This document shows, piece by piece, positions 20,617 to 29,458 of a DNA stretch of 64,000 bases. The DNA lies in the NCBI GenBank assembly GCA_963732795.1, contig CAVTAV010000007.1:18321-82320 (forward strand), in the 5' to 3' direction. This stretch comes from an uncultured Alphaproteobacteria bacterium. GTDB taxonomy: Bacteria; Pseudomonadota; Alphaproteobacteria; CAVTAV01. How positions within the stretch are numbered: the stretch's first letter is position 1; every line of letters begins with the position of its first letter. Below the pieces are notes generated by a model. The model ran no database searches. It saw nothing but the letters and a program-made list of their open reading frames with translations, and was not told the origin of the DNA. The position numbers were made by a program, and so were the translations under genes.

Positions 20617-21429
20617 ATGGACGCCACGGCCAACATCATCGAGGTCAAGAACCTCACCAAGAAGTTCGGCGATTTCACCGCCGTGAACGACATCTCCTTC
20701 GCGGTGAGGCCCGGCGAGCGCTTCGCGTTCCTGGGGCCGAACGGCGCGGGCAAGTCGACCACCATCAAGATGCTGACGACGCTGCTGGCGCCCACCGCCG
20801 GCACGATTTCGGTCGCCGGTCACGATCCGGCGCGCGAGGCGAACGGTGTACGCAAGAGTATCGGCATCGTGTTCCAGGATCCCTCGCTCGACGAGGACCT
20901 GACCGCCTGGGAGAACATGGAGTTTCACGGCGTACTCTACGGCGTGCCGCAATCCTTGCGCCGCGAACGGATCGATACCCTGCTCAAATTCGTCGATCTC
21001 GACAGCCGCAAGAACTCGCTGGTCAAGGAATTTTCGGGTGGCATGAAGCGCCGGCTCGAAATCGCCCGCGGGCTGCTGCATCACCCCAAGATCATGTTTC
21101 TCGACGAGCCGACCCTCGGCCTCGATCCCCAGACCCGCAATCACATGTGGCAATACCTCCATAACCTCAATAAGGAGGAAGCGGTCACCGTGTTCTTCAC
21201 GACCCATTACATGGAAGAGGCGGACCGCGTGGCCGAGCGCATCGCGGTCATCGACCATGGCAAGATCGTCGCCATCGGCTCCGGCGCGGAATTGAAGCAG
21301 CAGACCGGCAAGGAGTCGCTCGAAGACGCCTTCCTCGCACTCACCGGCCATGCCATCCGCGAGGAGGAAGCGAGCGCGGCCGATCGGTTCCGAATGATGG
21401 GCAGGGCCTGGAGGGGGCGCGGGCGATGA
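20617..21429 (+). CDS. ABC transporter ATP-binding protein (DrrA / ABC-2 exporter type)
   Basis: Walker A GPNGAGKST, signature FSGGMKRRL, Walker B IMFLDEPT. Confidence 0.9.
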   Translation: MDATANIIEVKNLTKKFGDFTAVNDISFAVRPGERFAFLGPNGAGKSTTIKMLTTLLAPTAGTISVAGHDPAREANGVRKSIGIVFQDPSLDEDLTAWENMEFHGVLYGVPQSLRRERIDTLLKFVDLDSRKNSLVKEFSGGMKRRLEIARGLLHHPKIMFLDEPTLGLDPQTRNHMWQYLHNLNKEEAVTVFFTTHYMEEADRVAERIAVIDHGKIVAIGSGAELKQQTGKESLEDAFLALTGHAIREEEASAADRFRMMGRAWRGRGR

Positions 21430-22172
21430 GCACGGTCTATATCATGTGGCTCCGGGAGCTGAAGAAATTCTTCCGCAATCGCTCGCGCGTGATCGGCGCG
21501 CTGGGCCAGCCGCTCCTGTTTCTGCTGGCCTTCGGCTATGGCTTCGGCGCGGTGTTCCGCGCCGCCGGGGAGGGCGATTACATTCAGTTCCTGGCTCCCG
21601 GCATCATCGGGATGTCGATCATCTTCGGCTCGATCTTCAACGGCATGTCCCTGATATGGGATCGCCAGTTCGGTTTCCTCAAGGAAACGCTTGTCGCGCC
21701 CGTGCCGCGCTTTTCGATCATGTTCGGCCGGACCCTTGGCGGCGCGACGACGGCGGCTTTGCAGGGCTGCGTGGTTCTGGCGATCACCTTCGTTGCCGGC
21801 TTTCACCCCGAAAATTGGGTGCTCATTCCAGCCGCAATCCTGGTGATGGTGCTGATGGGGCTCGTCTTTGCCGCGCTCGGTCTGATGTTCGGCTCGCTCC
21901 TGACCGATATGCAGGGTTTCCAGCTCATCATGAACTTCATGGTGATGCCGCTGTTCTTCCTGTCCGGCGCCCTGTTCCCGCTGAAGGGCGTGCCGACGGT
22001 CATGCTCTGGATCGCCCGCGTCGACCCGGTCGCTTACGGCGTCGACGCCATGCGCATCCTGCTGATCGGCCAGGGCCAGTTCAGCCTCGTCGAGGATCTC
22101 GCGATCTCGGCCGCTTTCGCGCTTGTCTTCCTGACCCTGGGATCGCGCTTCTTCGCAAAGATTCAGATCTGA
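21426..22172 (+). CDS. ABC-2 type transporter permease
   Basis: 248 aa with 6 predicted TM segments. ATGA overlap with the ATPase gene. RELKKFFRNRSRVIGALGQPLLFL is typical of ABC-2 permeases. Confidence 0.85.
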   Translation: MSTVYIMWLRELKKFFRNRSRVIGALGQPLLFLLAFGYGFGAVFRAAGEGDYIQFLAPGIIGMSIIFGSIFNGMSLIWDRQFGFLKETLVAPVPRFSIMFGRTLGGATTAALQGCVVLAITFVAGFHPENWVLIPAAILVMVLMGLVFAALGLMFGSLLTDMQGFQLIMNFMVMPLFFLSGALFPLKGVPTVMLWIARVDPVAYGVDAMRILLIGQGQFSLVEDLAISAAFALVFLTLGSRFFAKIQI

Positions 22173-22178
22173 CCGCCG

Positions 22179-22249
22179 CGTCATTGCGAGCACAGCGAAG
22201 CAATCCAGGTTGGCTGGATCGCCGCGGCGCTTTGCGCCTCGCGATGACG
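22179..22249. repeat. REP-like nested palindromic intergenic element, copy A
   Basis: CGTCATTGCGAG...GCAATCCAG-GTTGG-CTGGATCGC...CTCGCGATGACG. The outer 12-bp arms and an inner 6-bp stem are reverse complements. Sits between the convergent genes ending at 22172 (+) and 22257 (-). Confidence 0.65.
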
Positions 22250-22256
22250 CTTGAGG

Positions 22257-23012
22257 TCATGCCGACGCGGCGATACCGCCGTCGACGTTCAGGATATCGC
22301 CGTTGATGAAGCTCGCCTCGTCGCTCAAGAGGAAGGCGATGGCGTTGGCGTTGTCCTGCTCGTGGCCGAGGCGGCGGAGCGGGATCGTGCGGCCGCGGCG
22401 CTCGTATTCTTCCCTGCTGTTGAGGCCGACCGCGCCGGGCGTCGGGACGGAGCCGGGCGCGACGGCGTTGACTCTCACGCCGCGGGGGCCGAGTTCGGCG
22501 GCGAGGGTCTTGGTCAGGGTCACGGTCGCGCCTTTGACGAGGCTGTAGACGGCCGTTCCGGGAAAGCCGCGATAGGCAACCGGCGAGGCCATGTTGATGA
22601 TGTTGCCACCGCGTTCGGGATCCATGTGGCGGAGAAGCGCCTGCGCGCCCCAGATCGGCGCCTTGAGGCCGACGCCCAGCATCTTTTCCAGGACATCGTT
22701 CTCGACCTTTTCGATCGGCTCGTAGCGGAGCAGCATGGCATTGTTGATGACCACGTCGATGCGCCCGGCCTGTTTCGCGAAATCCGCCGCAGCCTTCTCG
22801 AAGATGGCCTTGTCGGACACGTCGCCGGCATAGGCATAGGCCTTGCCACCGGCCTTCTCGACCTCGGTTCGCGTTTCCTCCGCCGCGTTGCCGTCGAGAT
22901 CGATCACGCCCAGCACGGCGCCGCATTTCGCGAGATGGACCGCGACCGAACGTCCGAGCCCGCGGCCTGCGCCGGTGACGAATACGCATTTGTCCTTGAG
23001 ATCGGGAAGCAT
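22257..23012 (-). CDS. SDR-family oxidoreductase
   Basis: Start set at ATG 23012 (MLPDLKDKCVFVTGAGRGLGRSVA, preceded by AAGGA). NNAM/NNAG region and YSLVKGA catalytic motif. The annotated 397-aa ORF has a spurious N-terminal extension. Confidence 0.85.
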   Translation of the reverse strand: MLPDLKDKCVFVTGAGRGLGRSVAVHLAKCGAVLGVIDLDGNAAEETRTEVEKAGGKAYAYAGDVSDKAIFEKAAADFAKQAGRIDVVINNAMLLRYEPIEKVENDVLEKMLGVGLKAPIWGAQALLRHMDPERGGNIINMASPVAYRGFPGTAVYSLVKGATVTLTKTLAAELGPRGVRVNAVAPGSVPTPGAVGLNSREEYERRGRTIPLRRLGHEQDNANAIAFLLSDEASFINGDILNVDGGIAASA

Positions 23013-23233
23013 CGCTTTGTCCTTATTTGCTGTGCCGGAAAACGAAAGGTGAGCAGGAACAGCACCAGCTTGAGGTTCAAGAGCTTCAGCCCCTTGCGGG
23101 CCTCCTCGGGCGTGAGGCGCGCCTGCATCGGCATGGTGCCGAAGACCTTGCCCTTGATGACGAGCGCGTTGCCGTCGCGATCGAGCGACTTCACCTCCAT
23201 CAGCTCGCTTTTGTCCTTGGAGAAGATCTTCAT
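22904..23233 (-). CDS. Small hypothetical protein, translationally coupled to the upstream oxidoreductase
   Basis: MKIFSKDKSELMEVKSLDRDGNALVIKGKVFGTMPMQARLTPEEARKGLKLLNLKLVLFLL... The ATG 23233..23231 overlaps the upstream stop (ATGA). The 3' end is uncertain because the last 109 nt overlap the SDR gene. Confidence 0.4.
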   Translation of the reverse strand: MKIFSKDKSELMEVKSLDRDGNALVIKGKVFGTMPMQARLTPEEARKGLKLLNLKLVLFLLTFRFPAQQIRTKRCFPISRTNAYSSPAQAAGSDVRSRSISRNAAPCWA

Positions 23234-24816
23234 CAGCGCTGGCCGACCTTGTCGAAGTCGAGATCCATGTCGTCGAACATGCGGATGGCCGTCGCGCGGC
23301 CCGCGCCGAACACGCCGCCGCCGGGGCTCTGGAACGGCCCGACGAGATAGAGCCTCTCGACGCTCGGCACCGTGTTCTGGCCGAGCTCCGGCGTCGGGCG
23401 GTGTGCGCCGGACTGATACATATAGGGCGCGATGCCGTGGATGTCGCCATGCCGGAAGCTCGGCGAGGTGCGCTCCATGTCCAGCGGGCTGTCGGAGTGA
23501 TAGGCGATGATGTTGTCGGGCGTCAGGTTCGAGATATAGGGCTGCATCCGCGCGATCATCTTCTCGACATGCTCGGTCTTGCCAGCGCCGTCCCAATAGG
23601 CCGGTCCGCCGTTGGGATGGTTGTAGGGCACGTAGTCCCAGACCTGCACCGTCGCCTTGCCTTCGGGTGCGCGGCTCGGATCGAACTGGGTCAGGGAGCC
23701 GAGGCCGATCATGGAACGATCGGGGAGCCGGCCATAGCGCAACTGATCGAAGAAATGCCGGATGTCGTCCACTTTGGGCGGCAATAGCTCGATCATATAG
23801 CCGTTGTTGACGTGATCGCCTGCCCGGAACTTCAACGGCTCGTTCAGCGCGGCATGGATCGTGATGCAGCAGTTCTCGGAAATCTTGGTATGGGCCGCGC
23901 GCGACGCGACGCCTTCGTCGATCCCCTCGACTAAGGTGCCCAAAAGATGCGGATGGATGGCGCCGATAATACCGTCCTTGGCCGCGAATTCCTCGCCGTT
24001 CGCCGTCCGCACGCCCGAGGCGCGGCCGTCCTTGGTCAGCACGCGCGTGACCTCGGTATCGGCCCGCACCTCGCCGCCATGATCCTCGATGAATTTGATC
24101 AGCGCCGCCGTCAATTGGCCGCTGCCGCCGATCGGGCAGCCGAAGCCGTAAGCCTCGGTAAAGCCGAGAAACACGAACAGGCCGATACCCGTGCCGAGCT
24201 CTTCCGGCCCGGTCAGGTTCTCGCCGATCAGGCGGGTGAAATGGATGCGGACCTTCTCGTTCTCGAAATATTCGGTGATCAGGTCGTAGCAACTCCGCAT
24301 CATCACCGTCATGATTTCCTGGCCTTCGAGGCTCTGGTCCATCATGGCGTAGCTCGCGCCCATGGGGACGGGCGGGCTGTAGAGCGTGGCCGCGATCATC
24401 GGCAGCTATTTCGCGGCGGTCTCCGAGAGCCGCATGAAGGCGTCGGCATCCTTCTGGGAGTGCCTAGCGATATCGGCGCGGGTGCGCTCGGGGTCGCGGT
24501 AGATGCCGATGGTGTCGCCGTCCTCGAAGACCGAGATGAAGGGCATGTCGGGAAAGACGTATTCGAGGCCGTATTTCGATTTGAGGCCCAGTTCATCATC
24601 CTTCAGCAGCGGATTCCCCTGGATGAAGATATGGGCCATGCTGTGCTGGTCGTGCAGGAAGCCCGGCTTGGTCAATTCGCGCGTCACCACGCCGCCGCCG
24701 AACCAGGAATTTCGCTCCAGGACCAGGACGGATTTGCCCGCCGCGGCGAGATAGGCGGCGGCGACAAGGCCGTTATGGCCGGAGCCGATGGCGACGATAT
24801 CGTAGCTTGAAGACAT
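23233..24816 (-). pseudogene. NAD(P)/FAD-dependent oxidoreductase (phytoene-desaturase/CrtI-like family) interrupted by an in-frame TAG
   Basis: N-terminal ORF 24406..24816 (YDIVAIGSGHNGLVAAAYLAAAGKSVLVLE). C-terminal ORF 23233..24399 in the same frame. The minus strand reads ...ACC GCC GCG AAA TAG CTG CCG ATG ATC..., with the TAG at 24406-24408. Confidence 0.8.
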
Positions 24817-24946
24817 GACGGTGCTGCACTCCCCTGCGCTTTAAGGCGGCGCTATTCTGGCAACTCCCCCGCGCCCCCGCAATGCTTCGATGACGAGGGT
24901 GACACAGGAGTCGCCATGCGGGGCTCAGCCTGTATAATGGCGCGCG

Positions 24947-26980
24947 ATGCGACAGAACGACACGCCGAAAAAGCTCGATATCAATCCACCCGTCTTTCTG
25001 ATTTCCGCTGCGGCGATCCTGGGGATTTCGCTCTTCGGGGTTTCGGCGCCGAAGCGCGCGGCGGTCATTTTCCAGTGGGTTCAGGACGAGATCGTCCAGC
25101 GTTTCGGCTGGTTCTACGTCCTCGTCGTCGCGATCTTCATCGTCGTCATGGTCGGGCTGGCCCTGAGCCGCTACGGCCATATCAAGCTCGGCCCGGACGA
25201 CGCCGAGCCGGACTACAGCTATACCTCGTGGTTCGCGATGTTGTTCAGCGCGGGTATGGGCATCGGGCTCGTGTTCTACGGCGTCGCCGAGCCGATCCTG
25301 CATTACATGAATCCGCCGACCGGCCCCGGCCAGACCTTGGACGCCGCGCGTCAGGCCATGGTCATCACCTTCTTCCATTGGGGAATCCACGCCTGGGCGA
25401 TTTATGCGGTGATCGGGCTGTCGATCGCGTTCTTTTCGTTCCGTCACAAGCTGCCGCTCACCATCCGCTCCTCGCTCTATCCGATCTTGGGCGAGCGGAT
25501 TCACGGGCCGGCCGGCCATGCGGTCGATATCTTCGCGGTGCTCGGCACCATGTTCGGCGTCGCGACGTCGCTCGGCATCGGCGTCATGCAGGTCAATGCC
25601 GGTCTCAATTATCTGTTCGGCCTGCCGACGAGCCTGACGATGCAGGTGGTGCTGATCGCCGTCATCACGCTGATGGCCACCGCCTCGGTCGTCTCCGGCC
25701 TCGATGTCGGGATCAGGCGCCTCAGCGAGCTCAATCTCTTCCTCGCCATCATCTTCGTCCTGTTCGTGCTGATCGCGGGGCCTACGCTGTTCCTATTGAA
25801 CGCGCTGGTGCAGAACGCCGGGCAATATATGTCCCAAATCGTTGGCATGACGTTCCGGCTGTTCGCCTATAAGCCGAACGATTGGATCGGCGGCTGGACC
25901 TTGTTCTATTGGGGCTGGTGGATTTCCTGGTCGCCCTTCGTCGGCATGTTCATCGCGCGGGTCTCTCGCGGGCGGACGGTGCGCGAATTCATCATCGGCG
26001 TGCTCCTGGTTCCGACGCTTCTGACCTTCATCTGGATGACCGTGTTCGGCAATACCGCGATCCAGCTCGACATGACGGCGGGCGGCGCGATCATCGGCCA
26101 GGAAGCGCAGAACAACGCGCCGGTCGCCCTGTTCGCCATGCTTCAGCAACTGCCCTGGTCGACCTTCAGCGCCGCTATCGGCACGCTGATGGTCATCACC
26201 TTCTTCGTGACCTCGTCGGATTCGGCGTCGCTGGTGATCGATATGATCGCCTCGGGCGGCCATGAGAATCCGCCGATCTGGCAGCGCGTCTTCTGGGCCC
26301 TGACCGAGGGATTCGTGGCGGCCGCGTTGCTGATCGCGGGCGGCTCAAGCGCGCTTCAGACCGGCGCCATCGCCACCGCGCTGCCCTTCGCCGTGGTGAT
26401 GCTGTTCATCTGTTACGGGCTCTGGAAGGGCCTCCGCATGGAGGGCGGGCGGCGCATGATCCGCGAGTTCACCCCGCCGCCGACCATCCCGATCACCGGG
26501 ACGCTCGCGAGCTGGGAGAACCGCCTCAAGAATGCGCTCCGGCATCGCGGCGAGGCCGACGTGAAGCGTTTCCTCGCCGAAACGGTCGCTCCCGCGTTGC
26601 AGACCGTGAAATCCGAGCTCGAAAAGCAGGGGCTTACCGTCCGGCTCGATCGCGGCACCGACGAGGTCGGTCTCAAGGTGCTTTATAACGGCGCGACCGA
26701 CTTCCATTACGACGTGAAGCTGGTCGATTACATGGTGCCGGAATTCGCCTTCCCCGAAATGCCGTCAGCCCGCGACCAGCACCACCACTACCGCGCCGAC
26801 GTGTTCCTCCTCGAAGGCCCGCAGCACTACAACATCATGGGCAACACCAAGGAGCAGGTCATCGCCGACGTCGTCTCCCAGTTCGAGAAGCACATGCACT
26901 TCCTGCATCTCGACCCGGTGACCGCAGGGATAGGTGTAGGTCTCAGGCGGTCTTCACATCCACCGCCTCGAGGAACTTGA
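24947..26980 (+). CDS. BCCT-family (betaine/carnitine/choline) transporter
   Basis: 677-aa intact ORF. INPPVFLISA..., SWFAMLFSAGMGIGLVFYGVAEP and WTLFYWGWWISWSPFVGMFIARVSRGRT are hallmark BCCT motifs. Confidence 0.9.
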   Translation: MRQNDTPKKLDINPPVFLISAAAILGISLFGVSAPKRAAVIFQWVQDEIVQRFGWFYVLVVAIFIVVMVGLALSRYGHIKLGPDDAEPDYSYTSWFAMLFSAGMGIGLVFYGVAEPILHYMNPPTGPGQTLDAARQAMVITFFHWGIHAWAIYAVIGLSIAFFSFRHKLPLTIRSSLYPILGERIHGPAGHAVDIFAVLGTMFGVATSLGIGVMQVNAGLNYLFGLPTSLTMQVVLIAVITLMATASVVSGLDVGIRRLSELNLFLAIIFVLFVLIAGPTLFLLNALVQNAGQYMSQIVGMTFRLFAYKPNDWIGGWTLFYWGWWISWSPFVGMFIARVSRGRTVREFIIGVLLVPTLLTFIWMTVFGNTAIQLDMTAGGAIIGQEAQNNAPVALFAMLQQLPWSTFSAAIGTLMVITFFVTSSDSASLVIDMIASGGHENPPIWQRVFWALTEGFVAAALLIAGGSSALQTGAIATALPFAVVMLFICYGLWKGLRMEGGRRMIREFTPPPTIPITGTLASWENRLKNALRHRGEADVKRFLAETVAPALQTVKSELEKQGLTVRLDRGTDEVGLKVLYNGATDFHYDVKLVDYMVPEFAFPEMPSARDQHHHYRADVFLLEGPQHYNIMGNTKEQVIADVVSQFEKHMHFLHLDPVTAGIGVGLRRSSHPPPRGT

Positions 26981-27246
26981 CCTCGACCGGTTTGCCCAGC
27001 AAGTCCGGGATCGTCGCCCGGTAGTTCTTGTAATAGTCCATGCTGCGATGGTGCTCGACGGCGGCCTGGTCGTCATAGACCTCGTAGATATGCAAGGACG
27101 GCTCGTCGCCGGGCAGGCGGTGGAGGTTGTAGACGCGGCAGCCGGGCTCGGTGCGGGTGTGCTTGACCATGTCGACGAGGATGGCCTCGGCTTCGGCCAG
27201 CTTGTCGGGCTTGCGGATAGAAGCTCGCGAAGACGCAGACGGGCAT
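26943..27246 (-). pseudogene. Antibiotic-biosynthesis-monooxygenase (ABM) domain protein, 1-nt frame disruption near 27197
   Basis: ORF 26943..27170 (MVKHTRTEPGCRVYNLH...YEVYDDQAAVEHH) lacks the first beta strand. Upstream, ATG 27246 gives MPVCVFASFYP, and then ccgCaagccc shifts frame. Removing one base restores ...KPDKLAEAEAILVDMVKH. Confidence 0.7.
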
Positions 27247-27271
27247 TCTTTTGTCTCCTTTTCGGCCGCTT

Positions 27272-28156
27272 TCAGCCGCGCGGCATCATGGTTCTGAGTT
27301 TTTCGGTCATTTTCCGGCGCCGTTCCTCGAAATCGAGCCGCGCCTGGGACGCCTTCTGGTCGACCGGGAAGGCGTTCAGGATGTCGTCGAACAGGGCCTG
27401 AACCTCTTCCTTGAACTCGCCATGCGGCAGGATATAGGGCTCGTTCTTCCGGATGCCCTCCAGCACCACCTCGCCGACCTCCAGCGGGTCCATCGCGCCT
27501 TCCATGGTGTTGAACATGGCGTTCGGATCGCCTTCGCGGGCGAGCGGCGTTTTGTCCTCGGGTGTCGGGCCCTGGAGGATGCGGGTCGCGGTGAGGCCGG
27601 GGCAGAGGAGCGAGACGCCGATATTGTGCTGGGCGAGAGTGAGCCGCAAAGACTCGGTCAGGCCCCGCACGGCGAATTTCGACGTCGTATAGGCGCCGCC
27701 TTCATTGGGCAGCGGCACGATCCCGGCCATGGACGAGGTGTTCACGATGTGGCCGCCCTCGCCATGGGCGATCATGCGCTCGGCGAAGACTTTCACGCCG
27801 TTCACCACACCGCCGAAATTGATGCCGAGAACCCGGTCCCAATCGTCGAAATCGGGATCGTCCGCCGATCCGCCGCCGCTGACGCCGGCATTGTTGCAGA
27901 GCACATGAACCTTGCCGAACACGCGCTCCGCTTCGTCGGCTGCCCGCTTTACATCGGCGCGCTCGGAGACGTCGAGCTTGATGAAATGGACGGCGTTGGA
28001 GCCCTTGAGCTCAGCCTTCACTTCATCGAGATGGGCCTGGTTGACGTCCGCAACGACCACCTTCATGCCGGCCTTGAGGAAGGTCCGCACGATGCCGTAG
28101 CCGATGCCGCTCGCGCCCCCGGTGACGAACGCGACCTTGCCTTCGAAGTCCTTCAT
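27272..28156 (-). CDS. SDR-family oxidoreductase
   Basis: Start at ATG 28156 (MKDFEGKVAFVTGGASGIGYGI). NNAG and YTTSKFA motifs. The longer annotated ORF extension overlaps the P450 gene. Confidence 0.85.
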   Translation of the reverse strand: MKDFEGKVAFVTGGASGIGYGIVRTFLKAGMKVVVADVNQAHLDEVKAELKGSNAVHFIKLDVSERADVKRAADEAERVFGKVHVLCNNAGVSGGGSADDPDFDDWDRVLGINFGGVVNGVKVFAERMIAHGEGGHIVNTSSMAGIVPLPNEGGAYTTSKFAVRGLTESLRLTLAQHNIGVSLLCPGLTATRILQGPTPEDKTPLAREGDPNAMFNTMEGAMDPLEVGEVVLEGIRKNEPYILPHGEFKEEVQALFDDILNAFPVDQKASQARLDFEERRRKMTEKLRTMMPRG

Positions 28157-28158
28157 GG

Positions 28159-29341
28159 TCAGGCGGCCTTGAAGCGGATCGGCAGCTTGGCGGGGCCGTG
28201 GCCGATCGTGGTGAGCCACCATTCGAGATCGCCGGCCGATTCGAAGCTCTCGATATGCTTCACGATCGCGCCCAAGAGCGCCTGCGCCTCCATCTGCGCC
28301 AGCGTGCGGCCGACACAGGAATGGACGCCGTAGCCCCAGCCGACATGGCCCTGCAGGTTGCGCTTGATGTCGAACCTGTCGGGCTCCGGCCATTTGCGCG
28401 GATCGCGGTTGGCGGCCGCGAACATCAGCCCGCAGCGCGTGCCTTCCGGGATCACGATGCCCTCGATCTCGACATCCTTCTTGGTGATCCGGCCGGCCAT
28501 GCGCGAAGGCGAATCCCAGCGCAGGCTCTCATCGAACGCCGTCTTGATCAGCGACGGGTCCTGGCGCAGAAGCTGATACTGGTCCGGGAACTCGCAGAAC
28601 GCCCGGATCGCGGTGGACATGGTCATCACCGTCGTGTCCGCCCCGGCCGAAAGCATGGTCAAGCGTCAGGAGCTTCGCATCCTCCTGAGTGATCTCGCCG
28701 CGATCGGCCGCCTCGAACATGGCCATGCCCAGGCTGCCCGGCGCGAGATTCTCCCGCTCGCAGGCCCAGACCGCCCAGTTGATCACGTCGTCCGAGCCCT
28801 CGACGGCCTCATTGAACAGCTCGTTCATCGGCCCCATGGTCGCCCAGACCGCATGGCCGAAGGCGCTCATGTTCTCGCGGCCTTCATGGGGCAGGCCCAG
28901 AAGATCCGGCAGCACCTCATGCACGAAGGGGGCGCAAATCTCGGAATGGGCGTCGATCACCTCGCCCTCGCGCTTCAAAAGCGCCGCGACCTGCTTGTCG
29001 GCGATCTCGTGGAAATGCTGGTCCGCCCGGCTCAAGGTCTTCGGCATCAGCGCCTTGCCGATCACCATCCGGACCTGGGTGTGGCGCGGTGGATCGTCGG
29101 TCAGCAGAATCTCGGGCCGCACGGAGTTCGGATCGTGCCAGGGCCGGGAGGTGTTGGAAAAGGACTTCCAGTCCTGCAATCCCTGCGAGACATGCTCCCA
29201 ACGCGCCAGCATCGCGATGTTCTCGCGCTCGATCCAGAGGACCGGCGCCATCTCCCGCAACGCATCGTCCACCGCGCGCGAGTTGATCACCGACTCGCGG
29301 CTGAATAGATCGTCCTTGTAAACCGGCATCTCAGACGCCAT
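28159..29341 (-). pseudogene. Cytochrome P450, frame-disrupted near 28660
   Basis: The N-terminal ORF 28529..29341 ends in the I-helix region ...AKLLTL. The C-terminal ORF 28159..28662 continues MLSAGADTTV and carries the heme loop WGYGVHSCVGRTLA. cttGaccatg looks like a one-base insertion. Confidence 0.85.
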
Positions 29342-29369
29342 GGGCGTTCTCCTTAACGAAAGTACATGC

Positions 29370-29449
29370 TGTCATCGCGAGGCGCGTCAGCGCCGTGGCG
29401 ATCCAGGAGGCCTGGATTGCCGCGCTCCCTGCGGTCGCTCGCAATGACG
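29370..29449. repeat. REP-like nested palindromic element, copy B (inverted relative to copy A)
   Basis: TGTCATCGCGAG...GCGATCCAG-GAGGC-CTGGATTGC...CTCGCAATGACG. Its reverse complement aligns with copy A (identical CGTCATTGCGAG end; shared GCAATCCAGG / CTGGATCGCC core). Lies between the GMC gene stop (29459) and the P450 start (29341). Confidence 0.65.
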
Positions 29450-29458
29450 GTGTCTGTG

